Assembly: GCF_964204645.1 (NCBI RefSeq)
Contig: NC_134034.1
Coordinates: forward strand, 4,748,914 to 4,812,913
DNA from: Tubulanus polymorphus
Lineage: Eukaryota; Animalia; Nemertea
Reading direction: 5' to 3'
DNA: 64,000 nt
Shown here: positions 48,219 to 61,533 of the stretch, piece after piece
How positions within the stretch are numbered: the first letter of the stretch is position 1
Layout: every line of letters begins with the position of its first letter
Position numbers and translations under genes: made by a program
The notes under the pieces: model-generated
Seen by the model: only the letters and a program-made list of their open reading frames with translations
Told to the model about the DNA's origin: nothing
Database searches by the model: none

Positions 48219-50349
48219 GACCAGACAGGACAGGTGTCATACGTGATTTTCCGTAAGGCGGCGGCACCTCACGTATTGCGATATCCTATAATTCGTACAT
48301 AGTCCGTACGTACATTTGACGTAGGCTACGAAACTGATGAATCCTAATTGAAAAAAGAATATTAAAAAGAATAAAAATGGCTATTTTCTTTATCTCCAGT
48401 GGTATAATAAACAATTCATATTTCTACAACAATGATGTTTAAAGAATTAGCGCCTTAGACCAACACAGTTTAATATTCGTACGTGATAGTATGTACAAGT
48501 ACATATGCCGTTATTCATACGCAGTACATTTATTTAAAAATTCTTTAAGAAGTACCAACATCAAACATATTATGAATTAAACATTGGATTTATATTTCTG
48601 CGATGTTTTTGGGATATGGCATAGCCGTTAGGAAAAGGACTGTGGTGTATAACCTACATTTTGACATTGCAACCACCGATTTGTCCAGATAGGTAAAATC
48701 CGAGCATTCAACAATAAAACAACAAAATAAATATTTACAATAAAATATATCTGGAATATTGACAATAAATAACTATAAATTATATATTCTAACTGTAAAT
48801 TATGATATGTTAAACCGTAGTGGTGTGACTTGACACATCAAATGCGTATCCCGCATTGATATATTTCTATTATCCACTTCTCAAATTATGAATAGCACGC
48901 CTGCTCAGAAAACCCGTTATTTTAACCTTTTTTTTTAATGAGGTGTACAATTTCAATTATTGTGATAAAAACTTCACGGGCAATATGTAAATATGTATAT
49001 AAATTATACAGTAGTTATTCGTTTCTAAAATAATAATTTTCTATATTATTCAATACAAGACTAATCACTGTCGTGGGGGGTGGCGTTTGGATGAAGTAGG
49101 ATCCACTTTCTTGAGGCCAGGTCTAAAAATCTTATTCTTTATGAAGTGGCGAGTGTCGGGGTGTCTTTAGACACATAGATGGGGGAAAGATACTACGCCA
49201 GGACGAGGAGATCGTGCAGGGAGGCACTCCATATGATGTTACACCGTGAGGACCTGAGGAAAAGATGCGCCGGAGCTCGGGTGACCAGACAGGACAGGTG
49301 TCATACGTGATTTTCCATAAGGCGGCGGCACCTCACGTATTGCGATATCCTATAATTCGTACATAGTCCGTACGTACATTTGACGTAGGCTACGAAACTG
49401 ATGAATCCTAATTGAAAAAGAATATTAAAAAGAATAAAAATGGCTATTTTCTTTATCTCCAGTGGTATAATAAACAATTCATATTTCTACAACAATGATG
49501 TTTAAAGAATTAGCGCCTTAGACCAACACAGTTTAATATTCGTACGTGATAGTATGTACAAGTACATATGCCGTTATTCATACGCAGTACATTTATTTAA
49601 AAATTCTTTAAGAAGTACCAACATCAAACATATTATGAATTAAACATTGGATTTATATTTCTGCGATGTTTTTGGGATATGGCATAGCCGTTAGGAAAAG
49701 GACTGTGGTGTATAACCTACATTTTGACATTGCAACCACCGATTTGTCCAGATAGGTAAAATCCGAGCATTCAACAATAAAACAACAAAATAAATATTTA
49801 CAATAAAATATATCTGGAACATTGACAATAAATAACTATAAATTATATATTCTAACTGTAAATTATGATATGTTAAACCGTAGTGGTGTGACTTGACACA
49901 TCAAATGCGTATCCCGCATTGATATATTTCTATTATCCACTTCTCAAATTATGAATAGCACGCCTGCTCAGAAAACCCGTTATTTTAACCTTTTTTTTTT
50001 AATGAGGTGTACAATTTCAATTATTGTGATAAAAACTTCACGGGCAATATGTAAATATGTATATAAATTATACAGTAGTTATTCGTTTCTAAAATAATAA
50101 TTTTCTATATTATTCAATACAAGACTAATCACTGTCGTGGGGGGTGGCGTTTGGATGAAGTAGGATCCACTTTCTTGAGGCCAGGTCTAAAAATCTTATT
50201 CTTTATGAAGTGGCGAGTGTCGGGGTGTCTTTAGACACATAGATGGGGGCAAGATACTACGCCAGGACGAGGAGATCGTGCAGGGAGGCACTCCATATGA
50301 TGTTACACCGTGAGGACCTGAGGAAAAGATGCGCCGGAGCTCGGGTGAC
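48219..50349 (+). repeat. Tandem duplication of a ~1064-bp unit (48219-49285 / 49283-50349) with GAC microhomology
   Basis: gaccagacaggacaggtgtc starts both units and cggagctcgggtgac ends both. About five small differences. Confidence 0.95.
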
Positions 50350-50873
50350 TGTGAGGTCCGATACCGATACCGATTCCGATTCATCTACGGAAAGCGAAGA
50401 TGATCATTCTTTGAGGATTGATAACCTTGACTGGTAATATTTTAACTTAAATTCTATTGCTATCAAATCAAAAAATCACACGAAGCGTACCGAAGTAAAT
50501 AGTGGAAAAAGTGAATTAACCGAACTAATAGACCGAGAAATGTGCGGATTCTGTAAAAGGTGCACTTCGCCGTTGGTACTATAATGTGGATTGAAACCTA
50601 ATAATAAACAATGCAACAATATTTTTCAGGTGCTCTTGTAGATGCAGCACAACGCGAGTGTATTTATGCAGTACTATGCAGACAGCTGAAGAGTGTATCT
50701 GTTGTCGGGAAATACCAATACTGCAGTATATCATGGAAAAGTCGAACTGTAGCTGTATTACAGAAACTCATGGCTTCATTGTGAACTGCCTTGATGCAGA
50801 TGTTTTAACGGTGTCATTCTATGAATATAGTGAGTTAAATGGACCAATTGGAGATGAAGAACCAGTCCACGAG
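50243..50873 (+). pseudogene. KolX / P2X7-receptor C-terminal-like Cys-rich accessory gene of Kolobok, spliced, 3'-truncated
   Basis: SDSSTESEDDHSLRIDNLDW, GT-AG intron (~50434-50629), then CSCRC...CSTMQTAEECICCREIP...CITETHGFIVNCL, then a gtaag donor at ~50873. Confidence 0.75.
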
Positions 50874-51049
50874 TAAGTTGGTTCAAATAATTTGTAATAA
50901 ATTTTATTTTAGAAAATTATAAATCAATATTCATATGTATAAACATTTTAATTCAATGTGTAAAACACAATTCAGGGCAAGATTTGGATTCTTCAGTCAG
51001 TTTTGGAAATAAACAAAACTTCATTGGTGTCTATTGCATTGTTGAAGTT

Positions 51050-53704
51050 TTCTGAAGAAACTTGCCATATGTTGCTGGTGTTTTTACTTCTTTCGCGGTG
51101 GGCAATCCAGCCTTGAATTTAGGGTAGGAGACACTCCATTCTCATTAAAATGCTGAAATTTCAAAATCAAACATTTCATTGCAAACTTATAAAATATGAA
51201 AAATAAATTATGATTTGAAGTTGAAAATAAACATACTTAGCTTGCATTGAATCAAAAAAGTAATGTAAAAATTTAGGAGCAAAGAAACACACAACTCTGT
51301 GGTAGGATTCGACAGACGATGTCTGCTGACCGGGAGAGAGAATCTTCATATCATTCACTAGGCGGGTGTTCAAAATAAGAGCCATCAACAGTTTATGAAC
51401 CTTTGAACCTACAAAGAATACCAATAATATTTTAAATTCAAATTCAATTACCCATGTACATGTACTTTCTGGTTCGCTTTAGTGTTTACCAGCTAACAAC
51501 CAGTAACGTGGCTCCAATTCTCCATGATTACATTTGTTGAATTTGTCTCCGCCTTCCCAGCTGTGGATGTTCACAATATGATTCTTGATTGATTTCCATT
51601 TCTCTGCTGCCTCATCACCACCTCCGTTACTCGAAGCAGCCACCCAATAAACATGATTAGAAATGGAACGAGCCCATTCACCTGCAACACTGCAGTTCTT
51701 TTTTTTGACAAATTTACAATTTTCTTGTATATTCCTTATGAAAATATAGATGTAAAATATAGAGCTCATACACACTGATAAGACATCAAAGCAAAATTAT
51801 GAATATTAACCTTTTGAAACATGCCAGACATCAAACCAGTGTTTAATATCGGGTAAGTCTTCGCGAATGTATTTTCTTATTTGGATGTGCCTGTCAGTCA
51901 CGAGTGAGGAGATTTTCATGCCATTCGTTTTCAAAAATTCAATGGACCGCTTGAGCCCTTCGAGTTCCATCGCATTAAAATTTGTGACTTCACTGGACTG
52001 CAAATAAAATAAAACATCTACATCTATCTTGTATATCAAACCCCACTTGAGAAATACTGGTGGATGGGAAGTTAATAATTCACCTGGACAAGCTGAACGT
52101 CTAGAACTCTGTTTGTTTCTAAGTCCATTAGAGAATACGAACCAAACTTGGCGGTATGTCCTGGAGAGCAACAGCGGGCATCTCCCCAAGCGTGAGATTT
52201 TTTGATTTAAGTTCATTAAACATGGACTGTTGTTTTGATTTCCACAGTTTCGAGATTGCAGGGATTAGATACGCAGTCTGCATCACTATATATGCTCTCT
52301 GCTTAATCATGCAAATATTGAAATTCGCACACATCTTAAGAAATCGTGCGGGCCAAATACCACTGAAGTAAATGGCGGCTGCCATTGAAAGATTCCCCAG
52401 CGGCATCCTTCCGTGCATAGGTTGAGAAAACATCCATTGTTCGCGGAGTTGCCTGACATTGTTGGGATGATTGTGCTGGTTTTATGCTACACTGAATGCT
52501 CGCCATTCTCCGTGCCTAATCCAAAGGAAAAATATCACAAATAAATCGAAGTATTGATAGGAAAGTAGTGTACAAACACAAAAACACACTTACTATATAA
52601 ATCTGAGTCGATTGAGTGCGAAGAGGCAGGGCTTTGTCATCAACATTCAACATTGTTGTCAATGTTGATGTAGATTTTTGATCGTTAGGCCTGAAAATAT
52701 CTGGGCTGTTAGGTCTTGACCGTTTGGCAGGATTCACCGGAGTGCTTGTTAGTATGTCTGAAAACGAAGGACCCTCCTCCTCCTCGACAGTTGAGGAAAC
52801 AGGAATCGTTACGTCATCCGTCACATCTTCGTTTCTGTCCATTTCATCCTCATTCACATTTTCGGGGAAAAGTTCCTTCATCAGCTATAAAAACATATAT
52901 TAAATCCTATATTAAATCATTGTCGCTTAGAACAAATTCGATTGATGGGTGGGTTGGCCTAATGAAATGACAACTGACTGTCAACGAATGTCAAATGAAT
53001 CACAATTTTCATCGGTAAAACCCTCTTCAGTAACCAATAAACACTATATAACAGGCCGTTTCTGTAGTGTAGTCTACAAAAACGTAGTTTGTTACGCCAG
53101 AACCCAGTGAATTCGCAATAATCGTCGGTAAATATAACCCGGAAACAATTAGCAGTGTGGGTTTTTCCAGCTGTGTATCACGATCGAGTTCGAGTCCCAC
53201 ACTATCATTTCCAAACAGACTGACTACTGCGGATTATTTTCACGGGTTATTTGTTTTGAAAAGGGTTATAGAATCACTAGAGACAAATGTAAATAGAAGA
53301 AACTGGAAAAACTCATTGAATTACGAAAGTTAATTTTCCCCACTTACCGATGCGCGTTCACGTTTAGCTCTCGACGTTGTTTTCCTTTAGTTTTTCGGCT
53401 TCTGAATTCCACCTGGTATAGGATTCCTAGTAAAAATCGTCGGTATAGAACCCGGTTTTAGCCTGCGTTGTCCAGGCACATAGCCAATCGAAGTGGCTAT
53501 CGTCGATGGAACGATAAAACACTCTTTGTCGAAGTGCTCGCAGGACAGTCAAGAATATGGAGTCGGCTTCCATGAATTCTCTTGTCCACACGCTTTCGTC
53601 CACAAACTTGCTAAAAATTTATCTTTAGGAAACTAGTGAAACGATTCCACGCTCGGAACGCTATAGGAATGCTTCTTACAATTCCCGGCGACACAATAAA
53701 CCAT
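51050..53704 (-). pseudogene. Kolobok transposase with N-terminal THAP domain, multi-exon, decayed
   Basis: THAP MVYCVAGNC...FH*FPKD...W...CEHF...RLKPGSIPTIF (53704-53430). QPM...GNL..AAAIYFSG; QSSEV..NAMELEGL; VTDRH; HWFDVWHVSKG; SISNHVYW; QTSSVESYH..FAPK. Terminus GCCAATGACCT|TTAA at 54007. Confidence 0.85.
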
Positions 53705-54010
53705 TATGAAGCCGTAAAACGTAACAAAAGAAGAATAAAATAACCGTATAATAGTAGAACACTTATATTATAGTATAATAGTGTGCACTTCCGAATCAAA
53801 TGACGTCACTCGCTCATGCGATACTAGCGCTCCCTATCATCGGGACCGCGAAATGAACACAGATCATCATGAATCAATAAAAGTGTTTTTTTTTTTAATA
53901 AACATTTTGAATATCAGTTTAAAAACTATTGAGAAATGTTTGAAATATGCATATGGACCATATAAGCACATAAACCCAATTTATAAATATCAATGTGCCA
54001 ATGACCTTTA

Positions 54011-54109
54011 ACCTGGCTTGTCACCTAGTCTGGTAACAAAATGGCGTCTGAGTGAGCATAACCTGGCTTGTCACCTAGTCTGGTAACAAAATGGCGTCTG
54101 AGTGAGCAT
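54011..54109 (+). repeat. 50-bp perfect tandem duplication adjoining the Kolobok terminus
   Basis: acctggcttgtcacctagtctggtaacaaaatggcgtctgagtgagcat occurs twice. Confidence 0.9.
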
Positions 54110-54429
54110 CCGAATGACGGATGCGGATAACCATGCGGATAGCGCTGCAAAGTTGGGTGTTCTCGGAGCCACCCTTTTTTCATTGACTCAGAAAGGCGTC
54201 TCAAAAACGGTAACGCACTCGTACTCGCAAACAACAACCGTTTATTACGATAGGCGGCGCATAGTTGGCGAAAATATTAAAGCGACTAAATTGAGTAGTA
54301 GGTTTTAACGACTTATAGGCGCTTTGGGTTTTATTTGATGTTATTAATGAAATGTTATGATTGCATCAAATGACTTTCAACTTATAAAAACGGAGATTTT
54401 CCTTTTTTAAAAAAATAGAAAATACGGAT

Positions 54430-54495
54430 ATGACTATCCTCGAACCCGCGACCTTGCGCCTGACAATACAACGCTATTCCAATGCGCCATGGATT
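54430..54495 (-). pseudogene. tRNA-derived sequence (SINE head or tRNA pseudogene)
   Basis: Minus strand TGGCGCATTGG (A box) ... GGTTCGAGG (B box) at tRNA spacing. The stems are broken. Confidence 0.55.
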
Positions 54496-56637
54496 CTAAC
54501 CGATGGGAGAGGTGATGGGATATTACATATACCAGCTCTGTATCAAAATCAGGCTGGGTTCAGTTATTAAGCCGGATTTTAAGGTACGTCAAACATTTCA
54601 AAGGATTCTACCCAATGCTTTCAGAGCGCTTCATCTCCCTCAACGTTTATTAGAGCATGTATTATTGATTAGTTGTCAGATCTGAGACGAGATACATTTT
54701 ATGTTCAAAAAAAGTGGAATAATATTAATAATAATAATAATAATCCACAGAATTCCAAGAGGGTTAAAACCCTAATAAATGGTCTCAAAAACCATAATCT
54801 ATCTTAGTTATAAATTATTTATTATTTATAATCTATTATCTGTAAAAGAGGCTAGCGCAAGGATCTCTCCTTGCAAAAATCCACGGTTAATGACTCAATG
54901 GTTGCTAAATTTAGGCCCACGAAGACCCAAAATAATGCCCATGGCATAAAATTAAAAAGGTATCAGAGACAGATATCACGACACATGTCTCATCCGAAAG
55001 GAAAAAGCCGCCAGGTTGACTATTCCCGATGGATTAAAAATAGATACATATCGTCGAGTTGACTAACGTCAGAGCCCGGCCTGACCTGGGTTGCCCCAGG
55101 CCAGGAGAGCGCGTGTTTTTGTTTACCTCTGATCAATGTAGGTCGAGACGAGAGTAACGTTGCGCGCGCTGACCCATTTTTATAGATTCCGCGCAGCGAT
55201 TAAGTTCCGCGATTAAAAGTTTAGACGACTATACAAATAATAAATCAGGATCTAACATAGTAAAATAAGGTGAGAGCGAAAAGTGATCAACCTAAAGTTT
55301 TGATTATTAAAAGCTGAAATTAATTATATTACTATATGCAGAGAAAATGAGGTGCACAGAATGTAAAATGAAAGGGGCGAGCTAATTATCGCCCAAAAAC
55401 GTTACAATTAAAAAAAAATAAGGAGGGAGCAGCGGAAAAACAGAAACTATACATTATAACGACAACATTTTAAACTATTTAACAGGAATTTCCGCTACAG
55501 TTGTCATCGCAGTGACTTCATTTTCTTCATTAATTTTGACAACACGATTCTGGAACCGTAGAATAGCACTATATAACTTCAAAACTAAAATTTCTTACAT
55601 CTTGAAAAAGTGTATTGGTTTAATGTGACCACACAGCTTCAACCGCTCCAGAAATACCATTGACGCATAAAGAAGGTTGTTATGTACACCACGTAATTCT
55701 TCACCACACATTTCACTCATGTTCAAATCAACGAATGCATTGTGGATTTCTTGTTGTGTGATTTATCGATACAGGACAAAGATCTAGACCGTAATGAATC
55801 TTCATCAACTCACGACTGATTGAATGAACTATCCTGTTCGGGATGTTTGAATTTTCTGCTTTTTATTGCAATCAGCGCGTTTTTACATTGATCCTGTTAG
55901 GGCCAGAATTTTGACCAATAGGGTCCTGTTGAATGCTTCCCAGGTTATCTTTCATCTTTCTGTTGAGCATCAAATTGATATGCTCATTACTCAGATGCTC
56001 ATGTCTGAAGACAAACTTGTGTGTCCCTGGTTTTGTGTTATTTTGGAAATAGATATCCTTTTTGCAGTGACTGAACTTCTGTTCATCATGTCCCGAATCA
56101 ATGAAACCAGCAACATTATCTACTAGAGATATACGTCTTAGTATTTCAGTCTCAGATTGATAGTTTTCCTGATAACCAGTCATAAAAAAGCATAGTGATG
56201 ATTGGATATTGTAACTGGATGAACTGGATCATCACACATTTTGTATGATTTATTGATATCAAAAAAATCTGCTTTGAAGGTGCCATTGGCGCACAACATA
56301 TGCAAACAATTTCGGGTTCAGAATACAGCTAACTACCAAAATAAGCAAGCCTACCTCAAATCGGGGGCTCAAATCAGAGCTATAAAGGATATTTGAATTT
56401 AACATGCACCTCGGTCTTATTAATGGTTGACACTGGATGTGGTGGTGTTTTCTGTCTTTGAAACTGGTACAGCTCACATCTATTTTCAGGATATACAATT
56501 TGCTGGGTTCAATGTGTCTGCCCCTCAGTCTTATTTTGTGGCGCAAAATATTCTATATCCTCTACAGACCTGAAGCCAAATTTTCTGTGGATTTTGCTCA
56601 TTTTTGGTATACAGGCATTATTGGGGTCAAATATTAA

Positions 56638-57545
56638 CCCCCTATTTTTTTTTTGTTGAAAATTCGGCCCGGGTCACCCCCAAAAAATGTACAGTATTCT
56701 GTACACTGGGACTTGGTTCACTCAAAAACATGAAAATTAATGCAAATTATTTTATAGAAGTAAGACTTAAGAACTTTATTTTGAACTGAAATTACATGCT
56801 AGTGATTGTTTTTATGTTTCTACCGAACTTGGTAATAGTTTTTCACTTCGTATGACAGGTCTTGAAGCAGTTCCGATCTAGATGAATGCAAAAATATAGT
56901 TGACATTTCTTACACATGAACCTCGTCCGATTGCTACACCCGGGTCTCCTGCAGCGTGCATAGTTCTTAAGATCAACACACATTGGCAGATGCTTTGCCC
57001 CTAGGTGTCTGTATGCCTCGGCAGGTAGTGCTCGGTGTTTGTCGCGGTGAACCTGATCGCTATCATTCAGAAGAAAGTTCATCTACTTCGTCAACAGCCA
57101 TGATTGCAGCAGCTAGGATTTGCCTGAATCCCAAAAACTCCAATCTATGCTTCCTCCTCTCATCGCAACGAATCATGTTTTCTTTCCATTCTATCCAACA
57201 ATTAACCGCCACAAGGTCACAGAAATGTAAAATAGTGCGTACAGTCCATTTCTTTGATTTTGCGGCGATACGATAGTATGAAATCATACGATCATTAAGG
57301 TCTACACCTCCCATTTTTTGGTTGTAAGCTTTGATCACTGCAGGCATCTCTACGTCTAGATATTGTTTTAATTGGTTGCTGTAGCGTCTACATACACTTG
57401 TCGGAGTAACTGTATGTTGAGTTGAGCCAATGATAACAGGCTTGTTGTCCATCCACATAACGCAGCTCACCTTTCCATCACCACGAGTTGAAATTATGGA
57501 AGAACCCCTTGGACCATCTATTTTGGTGGGAAGATGAGCAGCGGC
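56638..57545 (-). mobile_element. piggyBac 3' fragment (third family) with terminus
   Basis: TTAA-CCCC at 56634-56641. WMDNKPV, YNQKMGGVDLND, KSKKW, and Cys-rich domain RCRRPGC...CKKCQLYFC...CFKTCH. Confidence 0.88.
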
Positions 57546-57559
57546 GGGTGTGTTTTATT

Positions 57560-58325
57560 ATCCTATTATCCTGAAGACACAATCATATTTTTTTATATTG
57601 GTAAAAGCAAAATGTGGCTTTGATTGGCTTTCTTAATGAAATATAACCTACGATAATTTAGATATGAATGCATGCGACCACTACCACTACTGGAGTGGTG
57701 TTCATTGGAACAAATGTGCCCTCACAACCCTTATGAATTACCTTAACAAAGAATGAATGATAACCTAGCTGCAGCTTCACTGATTATCTCGAGAGTCATC
57801 CCAAAACTAACAGATTCTACGCAAAAAAAGAGGAGGTGCAAAAGCTAAAAAATGACAAACCGTTAGTGGAAATAATCGTATTCACCTTTTGTCCCTAGTT
57901 GCATCAGTTCCATTGTTATCAGTAGACAAATCACGGCTACCCTCTCTACCAAATTTCTTACATACTTCATCAACTTCTGTTATATGTACAAGAGTTGATT
58001 GATCCCTTTTCATCTTCGCTTTTAGGGATACTTAAAGTACTTCCTGAATAAGAAAAGTATTTTTCATGTCTTAAACGTGAGCCATGATCAGGGGTGTACT
58101 TGATGCCCGATATTACCTAGAATAGCTGGACTATAAATGTCACAAAGCTATCTATAAAGCAACAGCATAGATTCACTGTGGAACATTTAATCCGTATGTA
58201 CTTAATAATTCCTATAAGTCATCGATATAATGCTACAGATGATTAAATATACTTAAAATCCTGTATTATCCTGTCATTTAAGATATGGGTACTTCGTTAG
58301 CGGCTTTGATATTACAGTGACATAA
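57560..58325 (-). pseudogene. Diverged copy of the SAMD3-like spliced fragment at 63330-63880
   Basis: ttatcctgaagacacaatc, gatccctttttcatc and gatatgggtacttc blocks are shared with 63340-63880. About 190 bp of extra sequence at ~57650-57840. Confidence 0.7.
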
Positions 58326-58701
58326 AACTTGCGTGACCTTAAGTTCGTAAAATTTGTACATTAGGTATTCGTTTTAAACACATCACACTATATCAGTAAA
58401 AAAGCAGCACAAAATAGAAAAAAGGTCTACTGTTGAATAATTTTACCAACTTCTTGCTCTCATTCTACCTCTAACCACAGAGCGCAGTTAACCATACCGC
58501 TTGCAATGGCTAACAATTTGAAAAAAGCCTCCACCCCTCAAGCTGCTTCCGTCGCAACTGTTCCACCAGCGTCCTCTTTTACCCAAGCCATACAAATGGT
58601 CATTTTTCCAACGACCAGCGCCGTCTTTACCGAGCCAAATTTGGACAACTTGATCAAGTATGAAATTGCCGCAGCAAACCAACGCACATACGGAGTATAT
58701 A

Positions 58702-59570
58702 CTATACCCTGGGTCCGTCCACGTACATTATTTTTCCGCCCATTCCACTATCAACAAGCTCTTGTGTGGATTCTTTTACGTTAAGTAATATCGCCGTGTT
58801 TTCAATCATTTCGATGATGATATATGCTGCGAGTTCTCGCGTAAAAATGTCGGGGAAATTCGTTTTCAAATCCCTGTCTAAATAGGTACACCATTTGTTA
58901 AGTTTAAAACCTTCTTCGTCACACAAATCGATTAATTCGTCTGACATGTTTATTTCATTTTGGTTAGCATAGAAATAGAGTAGATATGCTCTGCTCCTCA
59001 GCTCATTTGGTATTTCCCATTTATCTTGATCGAAATTTGACAAATGGGTCTCGTTTTCTCTGGGACGTTTTTTGTTTTGGGTATTGCCACTGCTGGTGAT
59101 GGCGTCCTCCTTCTCGTCCTCATTTTTGTTATCGGCACTTAATTTCATCTTAAGCATTGACATTGCTTGGGCGACGCCACTGTTTATACCAACAGCCAAT
59201 TTCTCCAAGTATCCCACAGATACACACTTACTTAATCTCTTTTCTATATGGTAATTTGCCAAATCAGGGAATCGGGTAAGTTTATTCGGAAATGTTTTGA
59301 ATTTATCACCAACTTCATTGACGTTAGCCAATGGACAAAAGTTTTTGTACTAAATCTGTTTCTCCGAAAGTTTTTATGGTTCCTATCTAAGGGTGTCAAT
59401 AGGTTGTCTGTCCCAAAATGTGGGGATACCAGTGGGTATACCGGTTTTTCTGGTTCACAATAGCCCGTCATCAAAACCCCCAGGTTGGCATCATTCAGTC
59501 TAGAACCAAAGTATCTCAGTGATAAAAATCTATAAACAACTACACGTGAACATCCTAAAAAAGCATACAA
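58702..59570 (-). pseudogene. Unassigned coding-like region (overlapping ORFs of 108 aa and 209 aa)
   Basis: Two overlapping minus-strand ORFs with protein-like composition. No motif recognised. Confidence 0.4.
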
Positions 59571-60229
59571 AAAAGATTTTTATATGCAATGATAGATTTT
59601 TATTTTAAACAATCAATTTCATGCGCTGTGACGCTGTCCCTCATGTTTACATGCGTAATCAAATAACAATTTCTATCAATTGTTGGCAAACTTATATTCC
59701 AGTATACGCTAATTATTGCAACAAAATACACGTAGATTTAAGTACTTCTGGTCTATTAGCTTTTAAGATTGTCAAAATGTATTTACTTACGAGTAAAAAC
59801 TAAGCAAATAGAAAATGTATTTCAAAATAAAACATATATAAAATCAGGATTGCGATCCCAGATTACAACAACAAAAACATTAAATGATTTGTCGGCATAT
59901 TGCCCCGACTAAAGGTCAAAACCCGTAAATTACCAGTACACATATAGGCCTAGGTACGCTTAATTCACTTAATTAGGTTTTTTCAGAATCCCAGGTGTAG
60001 AATACTTGAATTTAAGAAATGTTGCCAAGGAAACTTACACGCTCCTATCTCACTACGAAATACCTTTTAAATACCTTAGATAATACCTTAAATACCTTAT
60101 TTGCAGTACTTTTTTAAATTTAATAATACGAATTTTGAGTAACTAGCTCCAATTCAACTCTTAATAGAATTGATTAATAAAAGAAATTTACCCTCATCTT
60201 CGTCAGCAGATACAACCTTGGTTTTTGTG

Positions 60230-61126
60230 TAACACTGCTTTCAGTGTAAGATTGTATCGAGAAAGTATCATGATTCAAATGTTCCCCTTTTTACCAATGA
60301 ATAATCCATGGAACTTCCAACACATTCCAGAAAATTCCGTTTATTGGGGAAAAAGTATCGCGTAGTAGATTAAATGTTTCTTCATATTCTGCTTCTGCTG
60401 ATGAGTCTAAGACCAACGTAAGGGTGCGATAAACTTGATTTGGCCAAGTCTTATTTTCACGAAAGCCGTAGAAAGGGGGGGCCGTGGTCTTGTTTCAAGG
60501 GAAGATGAGCTATGTAACCTTTCGTAAATGTATCAGGAATTATAGAATTGTCACAGTATTCCTCCCCTATGAACGGAAGCCACAGAACCATCGGGTTTAG
60601 GTATTTCAATCAATGCTTGTGAATAGTTCTCATTGGTCAGTGTCAACCCACCTATCGCTGAAAGTGCAACGCCTGATAATTGACCTTTTTCATAGTCAAA
60701 TTTGTTGATAGCCGATATGCTGGTACTTAGATGCACGGATGATTCAAACTAATCCCAAAAATTCTGCCATACTTTAGTAGAATCAATTTAGGCCGCGATA
60801 CAGAACGGTCTTCGTTGACGGAAACTGGTGCAGTTTCGGGTCTTATGTTATGTGTAAAGATAAACGTTACATGCAGTGCGTTTCAGTTTCTGCTACCAGT
60901 CATCATTTTCCATCATGATTTTTATAGTTTCGCCCTCGTCGTCTATGAATTCCAATATTTGAGCCTCTGAAGTCTCGAAGCAATCGCATTTGGCCAAAAT
61001 ATTTTCGGCTATCAAATTAAGCTCAACATAGTCAGTAGAATTAGAATGAATCATACCTTCTGCTTGGGAAACGTATCTAGAAGCTACGCTCCTATATCCC
61101 CCGCTGTACCTAGTCAGTTTATCCAT
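60230..61126 (-). pseudogene. BEL/Pao gag (DUF1759-type) fragment
   Basis: WQNFWD*FESSVHLSTSISAINKFDY...LSGVALSAIGGLTLTNENYSQAL. N-terminus MDKLTRYSGGYRSVA. Confidence 0.85.
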
Positions 61127-61190
61127 AGCTATACGGTTAATTAGTTCCTTGTATAATCCAATGCACGAATTATGCTAATTTCTTTGATAT

Positions 61191-61469
61191 ACGGCGTTCG
61201 AGTGACCATGTTGACGATCTCCAAACAACATAAAGAAACGTAAGATTGTCAATTAGATTTTTTTCACAGAGTTTATTTAATGACATACACTGCTTGCAAG
61301 TGGTAACAAGGTGAACTGCCAAATGCACGATGAGGCACAAAGCATATATACATGAAATTGCATGACGGGTAAATACAAACTGGAGGATTTAAATCTCCGA
61401 CACATGGTCATTCATTACAGAGGAGCAATTGAGGGCGTTCCAGATGGCTGTGAACTGTCACGTCTGACA
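61191..61469 (-). mobile_element. BEL/Pao 5' LTR (~61209-61469) and primer-binding site (61191-61208)
   Basis: Minus strand TGTCAGACG...AATAAA...CGTCAACA, followed directly by TGGTCACTCGAACGCCG (resembles a tRNA-Tyr-type PBS) and then gag. Confidence 0.7.
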
Positions 61470-61533
61470 AACCTCAGCTTCAGCCTGGGTAGCCTCAGGT
61501 TCATAGACGGCGCAGTTCCTGTTGGCACCGCTA

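Noticed and set aside
54430-54495. Functional tRNA gene
   Set aside because: A and B boxes are present, but the acceptor, anticodon and T stems do not pair. Kept only as a tRNA-derived remnant.
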